Below are positions 39,910 to 50,869 of a stretch of DNA of 64,000 bases, in pieces. Each line of letters opens with the position of its first letter. Position 1 is the first letter of the stretch. Position numbers and translations under genes: made by a program. The DNA is from a virus. Lineage: Duplodnaviria > Caudoviricetes. The stretch spans positions 8,159 to 72,158 of IMG/VR virus record IMGVR_UViG_2684622926_000002, one strand, 5' to 3'. The notes below the pieces were generated by a model that was not told the DNA's origin, made no database searches, and saw only the letters and a list, made by a program, of their open reading frames with translations.

Positions 39910-40473
39910 TTATCGTTTATACTCAAACTCTATATTCATTAAGGTTTTTATCTTGTCTATTAACGAATATTTTATCCCATGTTTATTCAATGTTAATTCA
40001 GCATAAATATAATCCAAGCTATCTTTTTTGTAATTATGTCCATCAATATCTATTTCTCCAATTTCATCAACTCTTGGTTCACGAGTGTTGTCAATATAAT
40101 ATTCGCATGAAGAATAACCGACTAAATCAACACCCATTCGGTTTTTGGATGAAAATTTAACCAAAGCAGTTGTGTTATAGAAATTTTTGGGATCATTATA
40201 CTTTTCTTTTAATGATGAATATATTCGATTTCTTGAAAAGTAATTATCAATTCTATCTTGGCTCCAGTTTTTCTTACTAGTCAAGGATAATTCTAGAATT
40301 TTATACGACGATGGCGCCACCATACGTTCTTTAGTTGCAAAGGAACATCTTTGCTTCAAGTCATATAAAAAAACATCATCATAGCTAACACTTTCATGTA
40401 CATATATTAAAAATGTTGATACTAATGTACCTACAACCAAAATTGATATGATAAACCATTTCATTCCATTCAT
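39910..40473 (-). CDS. Moron: membrane-anchored hypothetical protein
   Basis: N-terminal TM segment WFIISILVVGTLVSTFLIYV; lies between the tape measure gene and the CRISPR leader. Confidence 0.7.
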   Translation of the reverse strand: MNGMKWFIISILVVGTLVSTFLIYVHESVSYDDVFLYDLKQRCSFATKERMVAPSSYKILELSLTSKKNWSQDRIDNYFSRNRIYSSLKEKYNDPKNFYNTTALVKFSSKNRMGVDLVGYSSCEYYIDNTREPRVDEIGEIDIDGHNYKKDSLDYIYAELTLNKHGIKYSLIDKIKTLMNIEFEYKR

Positions 40474-40522
40474 CCTTATGTCACTAATATATAATGAATG
40501 GTATGAAATTTTAGTTATTAAA

Positions 40523-43500
40523 TCAACGACGATTTAATTTACCACCAGGTCGCATTTGTTCGTCTAGTATTGATAACACTGATTGTTTTATCATTATACC
40601 GATTTCTTTGCCGTCTTCCTCGCTAATATCACCTCCGCCAACATTGACTGGTACATTTACAGTAATACTGCCGCCAGATGATTTAGATGCATCAAGGAAA
40701 TTTTTTAAATCAGCATTTGTGCGCGCATCAACAACTCTCTCGCCTTTATCGAGTAACCAAGTTCCTTCGCGAGGAATACTATCGATACCACTATGCGCCA
40801 TACCTGAAATGGTTTGAGCTGCAATCAATCCGACTGAAGCATAACCTAATCCTCTGATCCAACTTGCAGCGGAAATACCAAAAATAGGGCCAAGTTCAAG
40901 CGCTTTTGATGCTGCAACTTCTGTACTAATAATAGCTTGAGCAATAGCAGAAGCCTTACTAGCTAAAAACATCACTTTATATGCAGCTGATGATTCACCA
41001 GCTGTTTGTTTGAACATATCAGCAATTGAACCAGTTAGTGTTGAAAATGTACCTAACGCCGCCATTGTATATACAGATTGCAACTCTTGTTGCTTATTCT
41101 GCATAGTTTCCTCGATGCTCAAAACTGCGTCAGCATATTCTTGATGATTTATTAACTTAGCATTTAGCAAATCAGTTTGAATTGCTAACTGTTGTTGCTG
41201 CCAATCTTTGAGGTTTTTTTCATCTTCAGCAACTTTGATTAGCTCACTACCTGGTCCATTATAAGAATTTTGAATACTTAACGTAGGCGCTGATTGAACC
41301 ATTTTTTGATTCATTTTTTTAAGCAACTCTTCACGTTCTTGCAAGGAAACGTTACTTTTTTCAAGAACTGACAGATTTTGTTTGTAACTATCAAATTGTT
41401 GTTCGGTAGGACTACGCATTGAATCAAGAATAGATTTGTATTCTTTTTGGGCATTAAGTTGATCAATCTCAATGGCTTTATTTTCTAAAGCTTTTTTTTG
41501 CTCACCAGATAATACTTTTAATTCACCCTCTGCTAATTGGCGTCGGATTTTTTGAAGTTCAGTGATATCTTTATAGGCATTAATTTGATCGTTAAGTTTT
41601 CCAAGTTGGGATTGATAAAGATTAGTTGGATTTTTATCCAAACTACTACGCTTTAGCTTCTCTTGTTCTTGATAAGACTTTCGTAACTTCTCAATGTACT
41701 CTTTCAATTTTTCAGCTAATTCATCTGACATTTCTGCTGATAGTTCCTGATTGGTCACTAAAGCAATAAGGTCTTCTGAATGTGCCAATGCTGCATTACC
41801 CGCTGCTTTTTGTAAACCGGCTAATATGTAAACCTGTTCCGCGGATAATCCTGTTTTTTGACTGTTTGTTTCTAGATCTTGGTTTAATATACGAAGTTGG
41901 TAACCGAGGTTTGGAAAATCTGCTACGTCAAGCTTTTTAAGACCTCCAGCCGTTTCCTCTGACGCTTTTTTAGTGGCATCTATCTTTATTTTGGTTTCTG
42001 CTAGTGCTGCTATATTTTGCAATAACGAGCCTGTTATTGTGTTAAGAAGGTTTGTGAACTGTTCTCCACCACCCGTTGCATTAATTAAACTTATACCTGC
42101 TTCATTAATTCCCTCTCCGAACTCTTTTGAGGTAATTTCCCCCTCTATAACTTTATTTTTTAACACCTCAATTTGATTAATATATTTAGCTATTGCATTT
42201 TCATTTTCTGGCGAGATGTACGGTGAAAAACTTGAATAATCAAATGACGGTATTAGCTCTGTTAATTTGTCAGTTAATATTTTTTTAATTTCTGATACGT
42301 CGCTATTAACAGCTTTTACATTGACTTTAATTTCCGCGTCAAGTCCTGCTCTAATGTTACCTTGACGTGCTTTATCAAGTTCTTTGTATTTTGCAATCAA
42401 TTGATCAACAGGTAATTGTAGCTCTTCGATTGGTTTTTTAGCACTATTCGCGCCATCTCTCATTGAGAAAAAAGCTGTCCCAACAGCTATGGCTGTCATC
42501 GCTAATCCTAATGGGCCACCAAGTACTCCTAACAAGGTACTACCGGCACGAGTTAAAATAGTCATTGCGCTACTTGACAACTTAAGTCTCTCATTTGCTG
42601 CCCTAAGACCATTTTTAGCCTGCGTTTCCCTTTCAGTTAGAGCAATTTCTTGAGCTTCAAGTGCTAAGACAGCTCTTCGTACATATATGCTAGAACTAAT
42701 ACCGGAAATATTTTGCAATCTAGCAATTGCCGCCTGTTTGGTGCTTGCAATAGATTGTTTTTCAACTGCTATTTTTTGCAGCTCAGACTCAGCAAGATGT
42801 TTTTGAGCTAATGCTAGATTTCTGGTTTTATTAATTTGATCTACTATTTGAACTGAAACTTTTTTTAATGATGTATATGCACCATTTAGATAATTGCTAA
42901 ATTTGGCCGATACAACTGCTGCTCCAGCAACGGAAACTAATCCAATATTATCAGCTAAAATTTTTAAAGCCTTCGATATATTATTAGTTAATCCAAGACT
43001 ATTATTTAATTCGTTGACTAATTGTCCAAAATCATTAGATATTGCATTAAAGCCACCTTGAAGCGTATCACCCATGGCATCTGCCATTTTACCCGTTTTA
43101 TCTTTGGCGTTAATCATCGCATCAGAAAGTTGACGCATTGAAATTTCACCAGACATACCGAGTTGGATAATGGTAGCTTCAGATTCTCCCATGGAGTCAG
43201 ATAATGCAGTAGCAACATTAGATGTTGATGACAATATTGTTTTAAAATCATCACCGCTTACTTTACCCGTAAGCAGTGATTCATTAATTGCTTTTATACT
43301 TGTCGATACGTCAGTTGCTGATGTCGCATTTATTTTATAACTATTTGACATCGCCTCGATAAAATCGACCGTTTCATTAGTACTGTAACCTAAATCAGAC
43401 ATTGATGAAGCAGTCGCAATATATAACTTTTGGGAATCTGAAATCGCTTTACCATTTCTGTTACTTATTGCAAGTAACCTGTCTTGAACTAATTGATAAT

Positions 43501-43843
43501 CATCAGCAGATCCACCAACTGAATCTATTGCCATTTTGACGCGATTGGCCATTTGCCCATAGTCATCGGCCATTTTCAAAATACCAGTAATTGAAAAATC
43601 AACTCCAAGTGTTTTGGTCATCTCGGAGGCTGAAATTTTTAACTTACTTAAATGCGCATTGATTGCTTGAATTGATTTCTTATTGTTAGCAATGTGTTGA
43701 TCAAAACGCCGTGAATATTTCTCCATTGTTTTGTAATAATCATTACCAAGACGGGTTGCTCTTTTAATTTCTCGTTGATACGATTCTGAATTTGCACTGA
43801 GTCGTATCACCAATTCTCGCGGTATAGCCATATTATTTTCCAA
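40523..43843 (-). CDS. Tail tape measure protein (likely start at 43831)
   Basis: RELVIRLSANS N-terminus, tape-measure domain, C-terminal GMAHSGIDSIPREGTWLLDKGERVVD. Confidence 0.95.
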   Translation of the reverse strand: MENNMAIPRELVIRLSANSESYQREIKRATRLGNDYYKTMEKYSRRFDQHIANNKKSIQAINAHLSKLKISASEMTKTLGVDFSITGILKMADDYGQMANRVKMAIDSVGGSADDYQLVQDRLLAISNRNGKAISDSQKLYIATASSMSDLGYSTNETVDFIEAMSNSYKINATSATDVSTSIKAINESLLTGKVSGDDFKTILSSTSNVATALSDSMGESEATIIQLGMSGEISMRQLSDAMINAKDKTGKMADAMGDTLQGGFNAISNDFGQLVNELNNSLGLTNNISKALKILADNIGLVSVAGAAVVSAKFSNYLNGAYTSLKKVSVQIVDQINKTRNLALAQKHLAESELQKIAVEKQSIASTKQAAIARLQNISGISSSIYVRRAVLALEAQEIALTERETQAKNGLRAANERLKLSSSAMTILTRAGSTLLGVLGGPLGLAMTAIAVGTAFFSMRDGANSAKKPIEELQLPVDQLIAKYKELDKARQGNIRAGLDAEIKVNVKAVNSDVSEIKKILTDKLTELIPSFDYSSFSPYISPENENAIAKYINQIEVLKNKVIEGEITSKEFGEGINEAGISLINATGGGEQFTNLLNTITGSLLQNIAALAETKIKIDATKKASEETAGGLKKLDVADFPNLGYQLRILNQDLETNSQKTGLSAEQVYILAGLQKAAGNAALAHSEDLIALVTNQELSAEMSDELAEKLKEYIEKLRKSYQEQEKLKRSSLDKNPTNLYQSQLGKLNDQINAYKDITELQKIRRQLAEGELKVLSGEQKKALENKAIEIDQLNAQKEYKSILDSMRSPTEQQFDSYKQNLSVLEKSNVSLQEREELLKKMNQKMVQSAPTLSIQNSYNGPGSELIKVAEDEKNLKDWQQQQLAIQTDLLNAKLINHQEYADAVLSIEETMQNKQQELQSVYTMAALGTFSTLTGSIADMFKQTAGESSAAYKVMFLASKASAIAQAIISTEVAASKALELGPIFGISAASWIRGLGYASVGLIAAQTISGMAHSGIDSIPREGTWLLDKGERVVDARTNADLKNFLDASKSSGGSITVNVPVNVGGGDISEEDGKEIGIMIKQSVLSILDEQMRPGGKLNRR

Positions 43844-44135
43844 TTAAGTTAGATAATGCGTCGAATAAAGTGACTGGTTGCTTTTTCTCTTCTCTAAATT
43901 TAATTAAACAGTCGTCGAAAGAGACTTTTCCACCTTGTGAGCGGTATATAGATGAAGAAATTTGAGCTGCATGCCAGTCATTTCGCTCGTCACTGATAGG
44001 ATTTAATTTATCAAATGCGACCCAGTAGTAAAATTCACTAGCTGAAAGTGATTGCTCAAGTTCAGCTAGTGTTTTACCAAGCCTTAATGCTAGCTTTAAT
44101 TTAAAGAAAAGCTCTGGTTCATTTTCTACTTTTTT
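43833..44135 (-). CDS. Tail assembly chaperone T segment, reached by -1 frameshift from G
   Basis: Slippery A AAA AAG at 44129-44135 before the G stop; -1 frame reads VENEPELFFKLKLALRLGKTLAEL..SEFYYWVAFD..DWHAAQI..LIGK*. Confidence 0.88.
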   Translation of the reverse strand, partial: KKVENEPELFFKLKLALRLGKTLAELEQSLSASEFYYWVAFDKLNPISDERNDWHAAQISSSIYRSQGGKVSFDDCLIKFREEKKQPVTLFDALSNLIGK

Positions 44136-44509
44136 TCAGCCTCTTTGAGAGGATCGTTATTTAACTCTATCAATTCGAGGGCTTTATTCAGTACTCGAGT
44201 ATGAACAGGACCATAACTTTCTACTAACGCCTCCATTTCTTTACTGTCATTACTATTGAAAATAAGATTACCGTTTTTATCAATTACGGTTGCAGCAAAT
44301 AATAAAGTTTCAGCTTTGATATTAAGTAAGTCTTTTTCTTGCTCAGTTAATGAGTCATCTTTTGACGTTTTTTCAATGGATTTTACATAACGATAAAAAT
44401 CAATATGTAACGGTTCTCGAACACAAATTGTTGTATTCCATTCTGCCACCTGAAACTCTTTAGTGCGAAAGCCTGAATTTTTAGCAGTGATAATTTTCTT
44501 TAAATTCAT
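44126..44509 (-). CDS. Tail assembly chaperone G
   Basis: Sits between tail tube and tape measure genes; ends in a slippery heptamer. Confidence 0.88.
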   Translation of the reverse strand: MNLKKIITAKNSGFRTKEFQVAEWNTTICVREPLHIDFYRYVKSIEKTSKDDSLTEQEKDLLNIKAETLLFAATVIDKNGNLIFNSNDSKEMEALVESYGPVHTRVLNKALELIELNNDPLKEAEKK

Positions 44510-44529
44510 TATGATGTTTTCTCCACAAA

Positions 44530-45000
44530 TTAATTAGCTGGAGTCGGTTCATTAAACACAAATGAGCCTTTTACTTTGAATGCGAATGAACCAGTTAAAA
44601 TGCCATTCTTTTCACCTTTAAACTCAAAATTGGTAACACGCGCAATCCAGTCAACAGAACTACCATCCTCATGTTGGATTTTAAATGCGTAATTATTACC
44701 TGACTCATAGGATTCTCTTAAAGCTTTTTGACCATCATTTGCAATAACAAAATTAACGTTCATTGATACAGTTGGTTCAGCCGGTAATCCACTAATGGTT
44801 TCTTTGGTACGAGATGAAAGTGTTGAGACATCAATCTCTTCACCTTCTGGTGATGTCATGGAATAGTCGGTTACCGTACACTCTAAACTTAATTTTGGGG
44901 TGGTATCAGTGATGAATTTTGTTGAAGGATCTTTACTAATAAATACACCGATATCTCTAGTTTTGGTATATTCGCTTTGTGATTTTTGTACTTCAGTCAT
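44530..45000 (-). CDS. Major tail (tube) protein
   Basis: EGEEIDVSTLSSRTKETISGLP..GQKALRESYESG..LTGSFAFKVKG. Confidence 0.9.
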   Translation of the reverse strand: MTEVQKSQSEYTKTRDIGVFISKDPSTKFITDTTPKLSLECTVTDYSMTSPEGEEIDVSTLSSRTKETISGLPAEPTVSMNVNFVIANDGQKALRESYESGNNYAFKIQHEDGSSVDWIARVTNFEFKGEKNGILTGSFAFKVKGSFVFNEPTPAN

Positions 45001-45059
45001 GTTAGTTTCTCCAAAAATAAAAAAAACCGCAATTAAGCGGCAAATAGGTTAATTTTTAC

Positions 45060-45150
45060 TTACTGATTATTAAAGGTATAGCTCTTATGATGCTCGATAG
45101 AGTTATATATTTAATTCGTAGTTAGGGTGACTTTTAACATTGAAATGTTT
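45060..45150 (-). pseudogene. Possible 3' remnant of a tail terminator gene
   Basis: NYELNI*LYRAS*ELYL* resembles the YExxTxLYRAxLEf ending of tail terminators, in the expected position. Confidence 0.4.
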
Positions 45151-45287
45151 CAATTGTTATTAGTATATTATTGCATCTATGTTTCCTATAGATTAAAAAT
45201 CTATAAATATCATTATGCAAATCAAATAGTTAAATTATATAAACATGGTTTATTTGTATAGAGTAAAAGTTAAAAACTAAGCTCAAT

Positions 45288-45545
45288 TTAATTGATTACG
45301 CTAATTATTTTTTTTATTGCCCTTTTATCTTGATTGCACATCTCAATAACATTCAAGAGATGCTCGTTATAGCTAACACTATCGCCGAATGTCATTTTTT
45401 GTGGTGGTAAATTTGCTATGCAATCACTGAGCAGATTTGCTGGAATTGGCTGATTCACGTAAACTTTTCGCTCGGTTGTACAGGCTACCAGAGATAGACA
45501 TAGGCACGAACTGATTAGCGCAATCATTATATTTAAGTTGTTCAT
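45288..45545 (-). CDS. Rz1-like outer-membrane spanin lipoprotein
   Basis: Lipobox LVAC, PIPANLLSDC..C..D motif; overlaps Rz. Confidence 0.88.
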   Translation of the reverse strand: MNNLNIMIALISSCLCLSLVACTTERKVYVNQPIPANLLSDCIANLPPQKMTFGDSVSYNEHLLNVIEMCNQDKRAIKKIISVIN

Positions 45546-45792
45546 TGATCTGCTCCTGACGTGAAATAGATTGATTTTCTAGCTCACGTTTTGATTGTTC
45601 GTTAGCGGCAATAATCTGATTATTTCTCTCGATAGTTTGCTGTAATTGTTGCATCTGTGAAGATAATTCAGTCATTTTCTGTTTTGCTGTTTGTTCATCT
45701 TCAAAACATTGATAAGCAAAATAAATGCTAAAAATAACAATAATTAATAATATTATCGGAGACAGCTTATAAAGTAGTTTTAATTTATCCAT
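45424..45792 (-). CDS. Rz-like inner-membrane spanin
   Basis: N-terminal TM plus coiled coil; C-terminal CANQFVP. Confidence 0.85.
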   Translation of the reverse strand: MDKLKLLYKLSPIILLIIVIFSIYFAYQCFEDEQTAKQKMTELSSQMQQLQQTIERNNQIIAANEQSKRELENQSISRQEQINEQLKYNDCANQFVPMSISGSLYNRAKSLRESANSSKSAQ

Positions 45793-46232
45793 CAGACTAA
45801 CCCATTGACGTAAACTGTTTTACCGCCCTGTTTAACCGCAGTTAACACGATTTGGCGGTTATTGCTCGGACTAAATCCAATATGTACCCATTGGTTGTGC
45901 TCCTGGATTAATTTGTCAAACTGCACACCGGCATCAATCAAACGTTGGCAAATCTCTTTAGGCGTTCCGTATGAGCTATGAAAATCAACGGCAAGCCCTT
46001 TGGTGTGCGCGCTAGTTGGTGAACCGCCTACTTGAGTATTGAGTGCCGGACAACGATAGCCTGATGTGATAATAATCGGGAAACCTAAAACTTTTCTTAC
46101 GCACTCCAATTTATTGGCAGTTAGCTTGATATTGGGCATTAATTGAACTGGTACAGAATTGTTTATTTTGGCTCTCTCGCCTGTGGTTGAGCGGGTAAAT
46201 TCCTCAAGCGTAAAATGTTCGGTTAGTTGCAT
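45792..46232 (-). CDS. Endolysin, peptidase M15A family
   Basis: HFTLEEF, ITSGYRC, SAHTKGLAVD, WVHIG. Confidence 0.93.
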   Translation of the reverse strand: MQLTEHFTLEEFTRSTTGERAKINNSVPVQLMPNIKLTANKLECVRKVLGFPIIITSGYRCPALNTQVGGSPTSAHTKGLAVDFHSSYGTPKEICQRLIDAGVQFDKLIQEHNQWVHIGFSPSNNRQIVLTAVKQGGKTVYVNGLV

Positions 46233-46540
46233 TAGTTATCTCCTTTGGCTTTTTTAATCAGTCTTTCTTCCAGCGCTTTAATCAGTGTTGCGCCCGACCA
46301 ACCTGCTAACCCAGCTATACCGCCTGCTAGTTCAAAATCCCAGTTAAAATAACTAGCAGCAAGAACCACAAGAGAACCAGCAAAAGTTGATACACATATC
46401 TGACCTATCAACGTACCAACTCTGAATTTACCACCATTTATAACATGATAAGAATAGCTTGCTAATGAACCGAGCGAAGTAATAATAAATAGGTATACAA
46501 CAACCGTCCAGTTGACGTTGTTTGGGTCTTTTATTGGCAT
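46232..46540 (-). CDS. Holin (LydA-like)
   Basis: MPIKDP start, three hydrophobic segments, AGLAGWSG. Confidence 0.88.
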   Translation of the reverse strand: MPIKDPNNVNWTVVVYLFIITSLGSLASYSYHVINGGKFRVGTLIGQICVSTFAGSLVVLAASYFNWDFELAGGIAGLAGWSGATLIKALEERLIKKAKGDN

Positions 46541-47707
46541 GATAAAATCTTTATGTTAGTTAATAGAAATGACAGCGTGCTAGCTAAGCATTGGTTGGTT
46601 GTGTGTGTCTAGCGTTGCTGTCGATGCTGTAGCTCTTCACTAAGGTATCTAGTTTTGACTATGTCAAAAATTAGTAAAAGTGATGAGAGAAACTTTATTT
46701 AAAATAGATAATTAGCGAAAATATAGTGTCTACCATGAATTAAAATTAAGGTTAATTGTCTATAAACAAGCATAAAAAAACCGCAATTAAGCGGTTAATC
46801 TAGCATTTTGAATTAGTTATTTTTCCCTAAAAAAATAATCAATTACAAATTGTATCGTTAAGTTAGTTATAACTCTTTTATAATTAAGATTTTAAATGTA
46901 AACAAATTGATGCATTATCTTTTCTTTATTAGAGAGTCATAGAAAAAAAGTGCTAAAAATTCAAAAAATGCAGCATCGCCACTATAAAAGAGGTAGTGAT
47001 AATCAGTTAAATTATTGAGCCTCTATTCCGAAAAATAGATATAAAAGAACAGATTGATAACAAAATAAATCATCAAAAAAACAATTACATATTGTTAATC
47101 TTTTCATTTTATTTTTATTTAAAAATATATTCTCACCTTCAAAAGATAAGTACTTATCCCATCTCTTAAATTGATTATACGGTATTCAATATTTGAAAAT
47201 ATTACTCAACGCGAAAAAATAGAGCGCTAACTTTCAATATCTCGATTCAGTTAGATTTATTTGCTATATAATCGATAACTCTTTTATAGAATCTTAGACT
47301 AAATTTATATTAAATCTTTAGTTAAAATAATCCCTAACTGGAATTATAAAGTTAACTAGATAATTTTTAGCATTATTTAAGTTTTACGAATACAGTTATA
47401 AAAATTATACAAAAGATGAGCAAGGTAATTTTTTAAGAAATCTATTTCATTAACAACTAAAAATAATTAAATTATTTTTGATTAAGCGTTTGAGCTTTAT
47501 TATAAGTTAACTCACAATGATAACCATCAATAGAACGCTGATAAGCTACTATCGACCTAATACTAGGACTTAAAGAGAAGTAAAATAACAGGTAAAATAC
47601 GCATTTTAATTCTGCTACTTTGATAAGCTCGCCAATATTCAATAGTAGAAATAAAATATAAATCATTGAATAAAATTAAAAAAAGATTGTATATTTAAAA
47701 AATCAAG

Positions 47708-47905
47708 GTGAATAGTATGGCGTTAACTAGAACTGAAATTAATGAGCGTAGTAACGAAAAACGTGGTATAAAAAATAAAGCATTTAAATTAAATATAAAC
47801 GATATAGCAATGATTAAACAAACTGCTATAGATTTAAATATGTCAGAAGCAAAACTAGTAGTAGAAGCTATTAAATTCTATAAAGACAATAAAAAAGCCT
47901 CATAA
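47708..47905 (+). CDS. Small ribbon-helix-helix-like phage protein
   Basis: KAFKLNINDIAMIKQTAIDLNMSEAKLVVEAIKFY; duplicated at 54553. Confidence 0.65.
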   Translation: MNSMALTRTEINERSNEKRGIKNKAFKLNINDIAMIKQTAIDLNMSEAKLVVEAIKFYKDNKKAS

Positions 47906-48118
47906 GAGGCTTTCTTGGTAATTCAATATTGAACGTTGTTCTTGTAGAGTGATTTCATTTAGATGTTTTCTTGGGTTACCACACATCCAACAAGAACAAG
48001 CTGCGGGTGTTACTACATGTCTTTTTAGAGCCTTTCTTGAAGTAGCACCATAAAAGTCATTCTTTCTATTATCTAAACATCGTTTAATCTGATGTCGTCT
48101 ATATGCTCTTGTTCTCAT
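47900..48118 (-). CDS. Small conserved phage protein (CSCWMCGNPRK)
   Basis: Duplicated at 54745. Confidence 0.65.
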   Translation of the reverse strand: MRTRAYRRHQIKRCLDNRKNDFYGATSRKALKRHVVTPAACSCWMCGNPRKHLNEITLQEQRSILNYQESLL

Positions 48119-48239
48119 ATTTTTCTAATTAACTAACAAGTTAGATAATAAAAAAGCTCTTTTTTAGAGCTTTATATACAACTATTCCATTCTGTGTGCT
48201 TTATACCACACCTCTCTTAAGAAATCAACTTTTTTATAA

Positions 48240-48581
48240 AAATTTATTTTTTAACATCTCTAATTCAATTCCGGATCTGCTTTTTATTGCGGCAAACTAC
48301 CCTGTTAAAAAATCCTCACCACTTTTTTGAGTTTATCAATTGCATTCCAATTGGTTTTAAATTTTTTGGCAATATCAACAGTGGTAATGGTTTAACCATG
48401 TAGAGTTTCTCCTCTCTGATACCTCGGGCAATTTTTTAAAAATTGGCAAATCATCAAAACCTTGCGCTTGTCTTTTCCTTCCGCTTTAACACAGCCAGCC
48501 ACAGCTATATAGTCAGTAACCTCTTGTTTTTTTCACCCAATAATAGAGTATCAAGGTATTATATATATCTTTGGATTGAGG
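48240..48581 (-). pseudogene. Truncated, frameshifted antiterminator Q copy
   Basis: Matches the C-terminal half of 55079-55696. Confidence 0.88.
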
Positions 48582-48742
48582 CATTTTCAGCGATAAGATA
48601 GTCAGATGTAGGCATCTGCATTGGTAAAATTTGAATTTTCGTGTACTTGTTAATGGCGTCGCCTACAAGATTAAAAATAAAAAACAACCAATTGATTAGT
48701 AGGGTTAAAAAATAAAATAAAAATACCGTAAAAAATACTGTT

Positions 48743-50533
48743 TTATTTATTGGTATACCAACATTCAAATCGAGTAATTTCAACGCGCATCGTTTTAGCC
48801 TCACCTTTATCGATTCTTCGGTAAACATTGCCCGCAACACCTGAGGTAACAGGCTCTACGTTAGGTAAAACTCTCTCAAATGACATTGTTGCGATTGCAC
48901 CTTCGCTTTCTATTTGTATATTCGCGTAACCTCGATTGTCAATGAATGACGTTAAACTTACACTATACCGCGAGTCCGATTTTTTAATATTTAGATAGCC
49001 CACTTTTTCATAGCGATTAACATTATTTAAAGTATCAAATGTATGTATATATATTGATATGTATCCAGAGAAAAAATACAACATAATGCCGTTAATGGTG
49101 TTCTTATATCTACCAGGTGCTTGACATAAGAACACACCCGAACCGTCATCGAAAAGCCCTTCTAGTATAATATGAGTATTTTTATCTCGAGTGAACAGTT
49201 GTACAACGTTCTCTCCGTATCTATCGTAAATATCTGATGTGCGGCAAAAACTAGTTTCTATAAATGGTTCATCAGCCGGTGCAACTAGGTCTTGCTGATC
49301 CCTAAACGTTCTATAATTTTTTAGCAAATCTTTAGTTGTAAGTTTAGCTTGATAGTTCACAATAAAATCAAAATGACCAAAGAACACACTATTTGTCAGG
49401 CTCATATCTCCTATTAATTGAATTCTATTTAGCCCATATTTCAGATCTTTAATGTATTCTGGGGTATCCACCGCCGAGTACTCACCATACCACAACATCG
49501 AACCTACGATTTTTGATTCACTATTACCCGTTAGCACATCCGTTACTTTAATGCTCGATGTTCTGGCATCCCCCAACATCCGGCGGTAAACAATGGAAGC
49601 GTTAGGATGCTCACACCAAACCCAAATATCGAGCAGTACTTTGTTTTTGCAATCAAATTTTTGGGGATTAACATAAGGATTAACACCATATTTACAACTT
49701 GTTGTCGTAGATGAAGTATTAACACCTATAGGTGAATTACCCCTATCATCTAAAAAGTGTACGCTTTCATACGTGTTGCTGTCGTTAATTTTAACAATGC
49801 GATTATAAAATAGATTGGCAATCCAGCATGCCTGAAACGAATGTCCCAAATCCAACCAGTGTGTATTATCTGGTTGGAGATCTGCGTAGTTATACTCATT
49901 TGTATTTGACATCCACTTTTTCATCTCGGCGTCTAGGTCTAACAAGGGAATATTTCGAGTACACGCAATGTATCTTTTCATACTATTTATGCGTTCGATC
50001 TTAAAGGGTTTGCTATCCATATCCCCCGTTGATTTTAAACGGACAACGTTGCACGTCAATATAATAGGTAAGGCGCCAATCTTTTCTATTTTATCAATTA
50101 ATAAATTTGTTTGCTGTAATGTATCCGCCAATAAGTCTCCTTTGTTATGACCAGCATCGTTAATGCCAAATCCAAACATTACAATATCGACTTTGCCATA
50201 ATGGGGATTATTAGTTATCGCATTTTCAAAATTTTGCACTGCCCAACCGTCATCCAGTCGTTTACCTGAATACCCCGCGTTATAAACATGGATATTGTCA
50301 TTATTGTACATTGTCCGTAATATCGCTTGTAATATCACAGGCCAAGAATTTGGGGCATTATCGTTGTGATTTGTACCAAATTTATTTCGCGTCCATCCAG
50401 TAGTCGCATGCCCATCTGTTGTTGAATCACCATAACATGCGATTTTTACTGTTTGCCCCGCAGCCATCTGGGCAATCCAATAATTTAGTTTACCTTTGTT
50501 GTCGATTTCAAGTGGTGTGTTAAACTCTGACAT
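48743..50533 (-). CDS. SGNH/GDSL hydrolase-domain protein (tailspike-like acetylesterase)
   Basis: CYGDSTTDG, NAGYSG, FGINDA and PDNTHW catalytic blocks, plus a long beta-rich C-terminus. Confidence 0.82.
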   Translation of the reverse strand: MSEFNTPLEIDNKGKLNYWIAQMAAGQTVKIACYGDSTTDGHATTGWTRNKFGTNHNDNAPNSWPVILQAILRTMYNNDNIHVYNAGYSGKRLDDGWAVQNFENAITNNPHYGKVDIVMFGFGINDAGHNKGDLLADTLQQTNLLIDKIEKIGALPIILTCNVVRLKSTGDMDSKPFKIERINSMKRYIACTRNIPLLDLDAEMKKWMSNTNEYNYADLQPDNTHWLDLGHSFQACWIANLFYNRIVKINDSNTYESVHFLDDRGNSPIGVNTSSTTTSCKYGVNPYVNPQKFDCKNKVLLDIWVWCEHPNASIVYRRMLGDARTSSIKVTDVLTGNSESKIVGSMLWYGEYSAVDTPEYIKDLKYGLNRIQLIGDMSLTNSVFFGHFDFIVNYQAKLTTKDLLKNYRTFRDQQDLVAPADEPFIETSFCRTSDIYDRYGENVVQLFTRDKNTHIILEGLFDDGSGVFLCQAPGRYKNTINGIMLYFFSGYISIYIHTFDTLNNVNRYEKVGYLNIKKSDSRYSVSLTSFIDNRGYANIQIESEGAIATMSFERVLPNVEPVTSGVAGNVYRRIDKGEAKTMRVEITRFECWYTNK

Positions 50534-50869
50534 TTTTACCTCGTTAGGATTTTATTATAGTACTTAATTTATTAATTATTTGAAAAATAAAGATAAAGAA
50601 CAAATTAAATACCGTAAAATTTTTTGAATTTATTCGATCTGTTTCTCAATCTTTTTATATTAGAATAATGCCCGACGATTACGATTTAGAATTAGCAGGC
50701 GATAAGCTACATAATTAACAGTCACGACGATCATAACTACGTTTTCTATCAAAATGATGATGACATGTTTGATATCGCCGATTTTGTGATGTTGTCTGAT
50801 GTTGTCTGATGTTGTTGAGTATTGAAGATTGAAGTTCGTTGCGATGATTGTTAACTCAATTCTGGTTTT

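Larger units (their letters stand above)
47682..48581. repeat. ~900 bp direct repeat, copy 1 (small RHH-like gene, CSCWMCGNPRK gene, 3' half of Q)
   Basis: Aligns with 54527-55429 from aaaa.gattgta.atttaaaaaatcaagg to ggattgagg. Confidence 0.92.

Noticed and set aside
46571-46622. Imperfect hairpin upstream of the holin
   Set aside because: Could be a late-leader structure but cannot be assigned from sequence alone.
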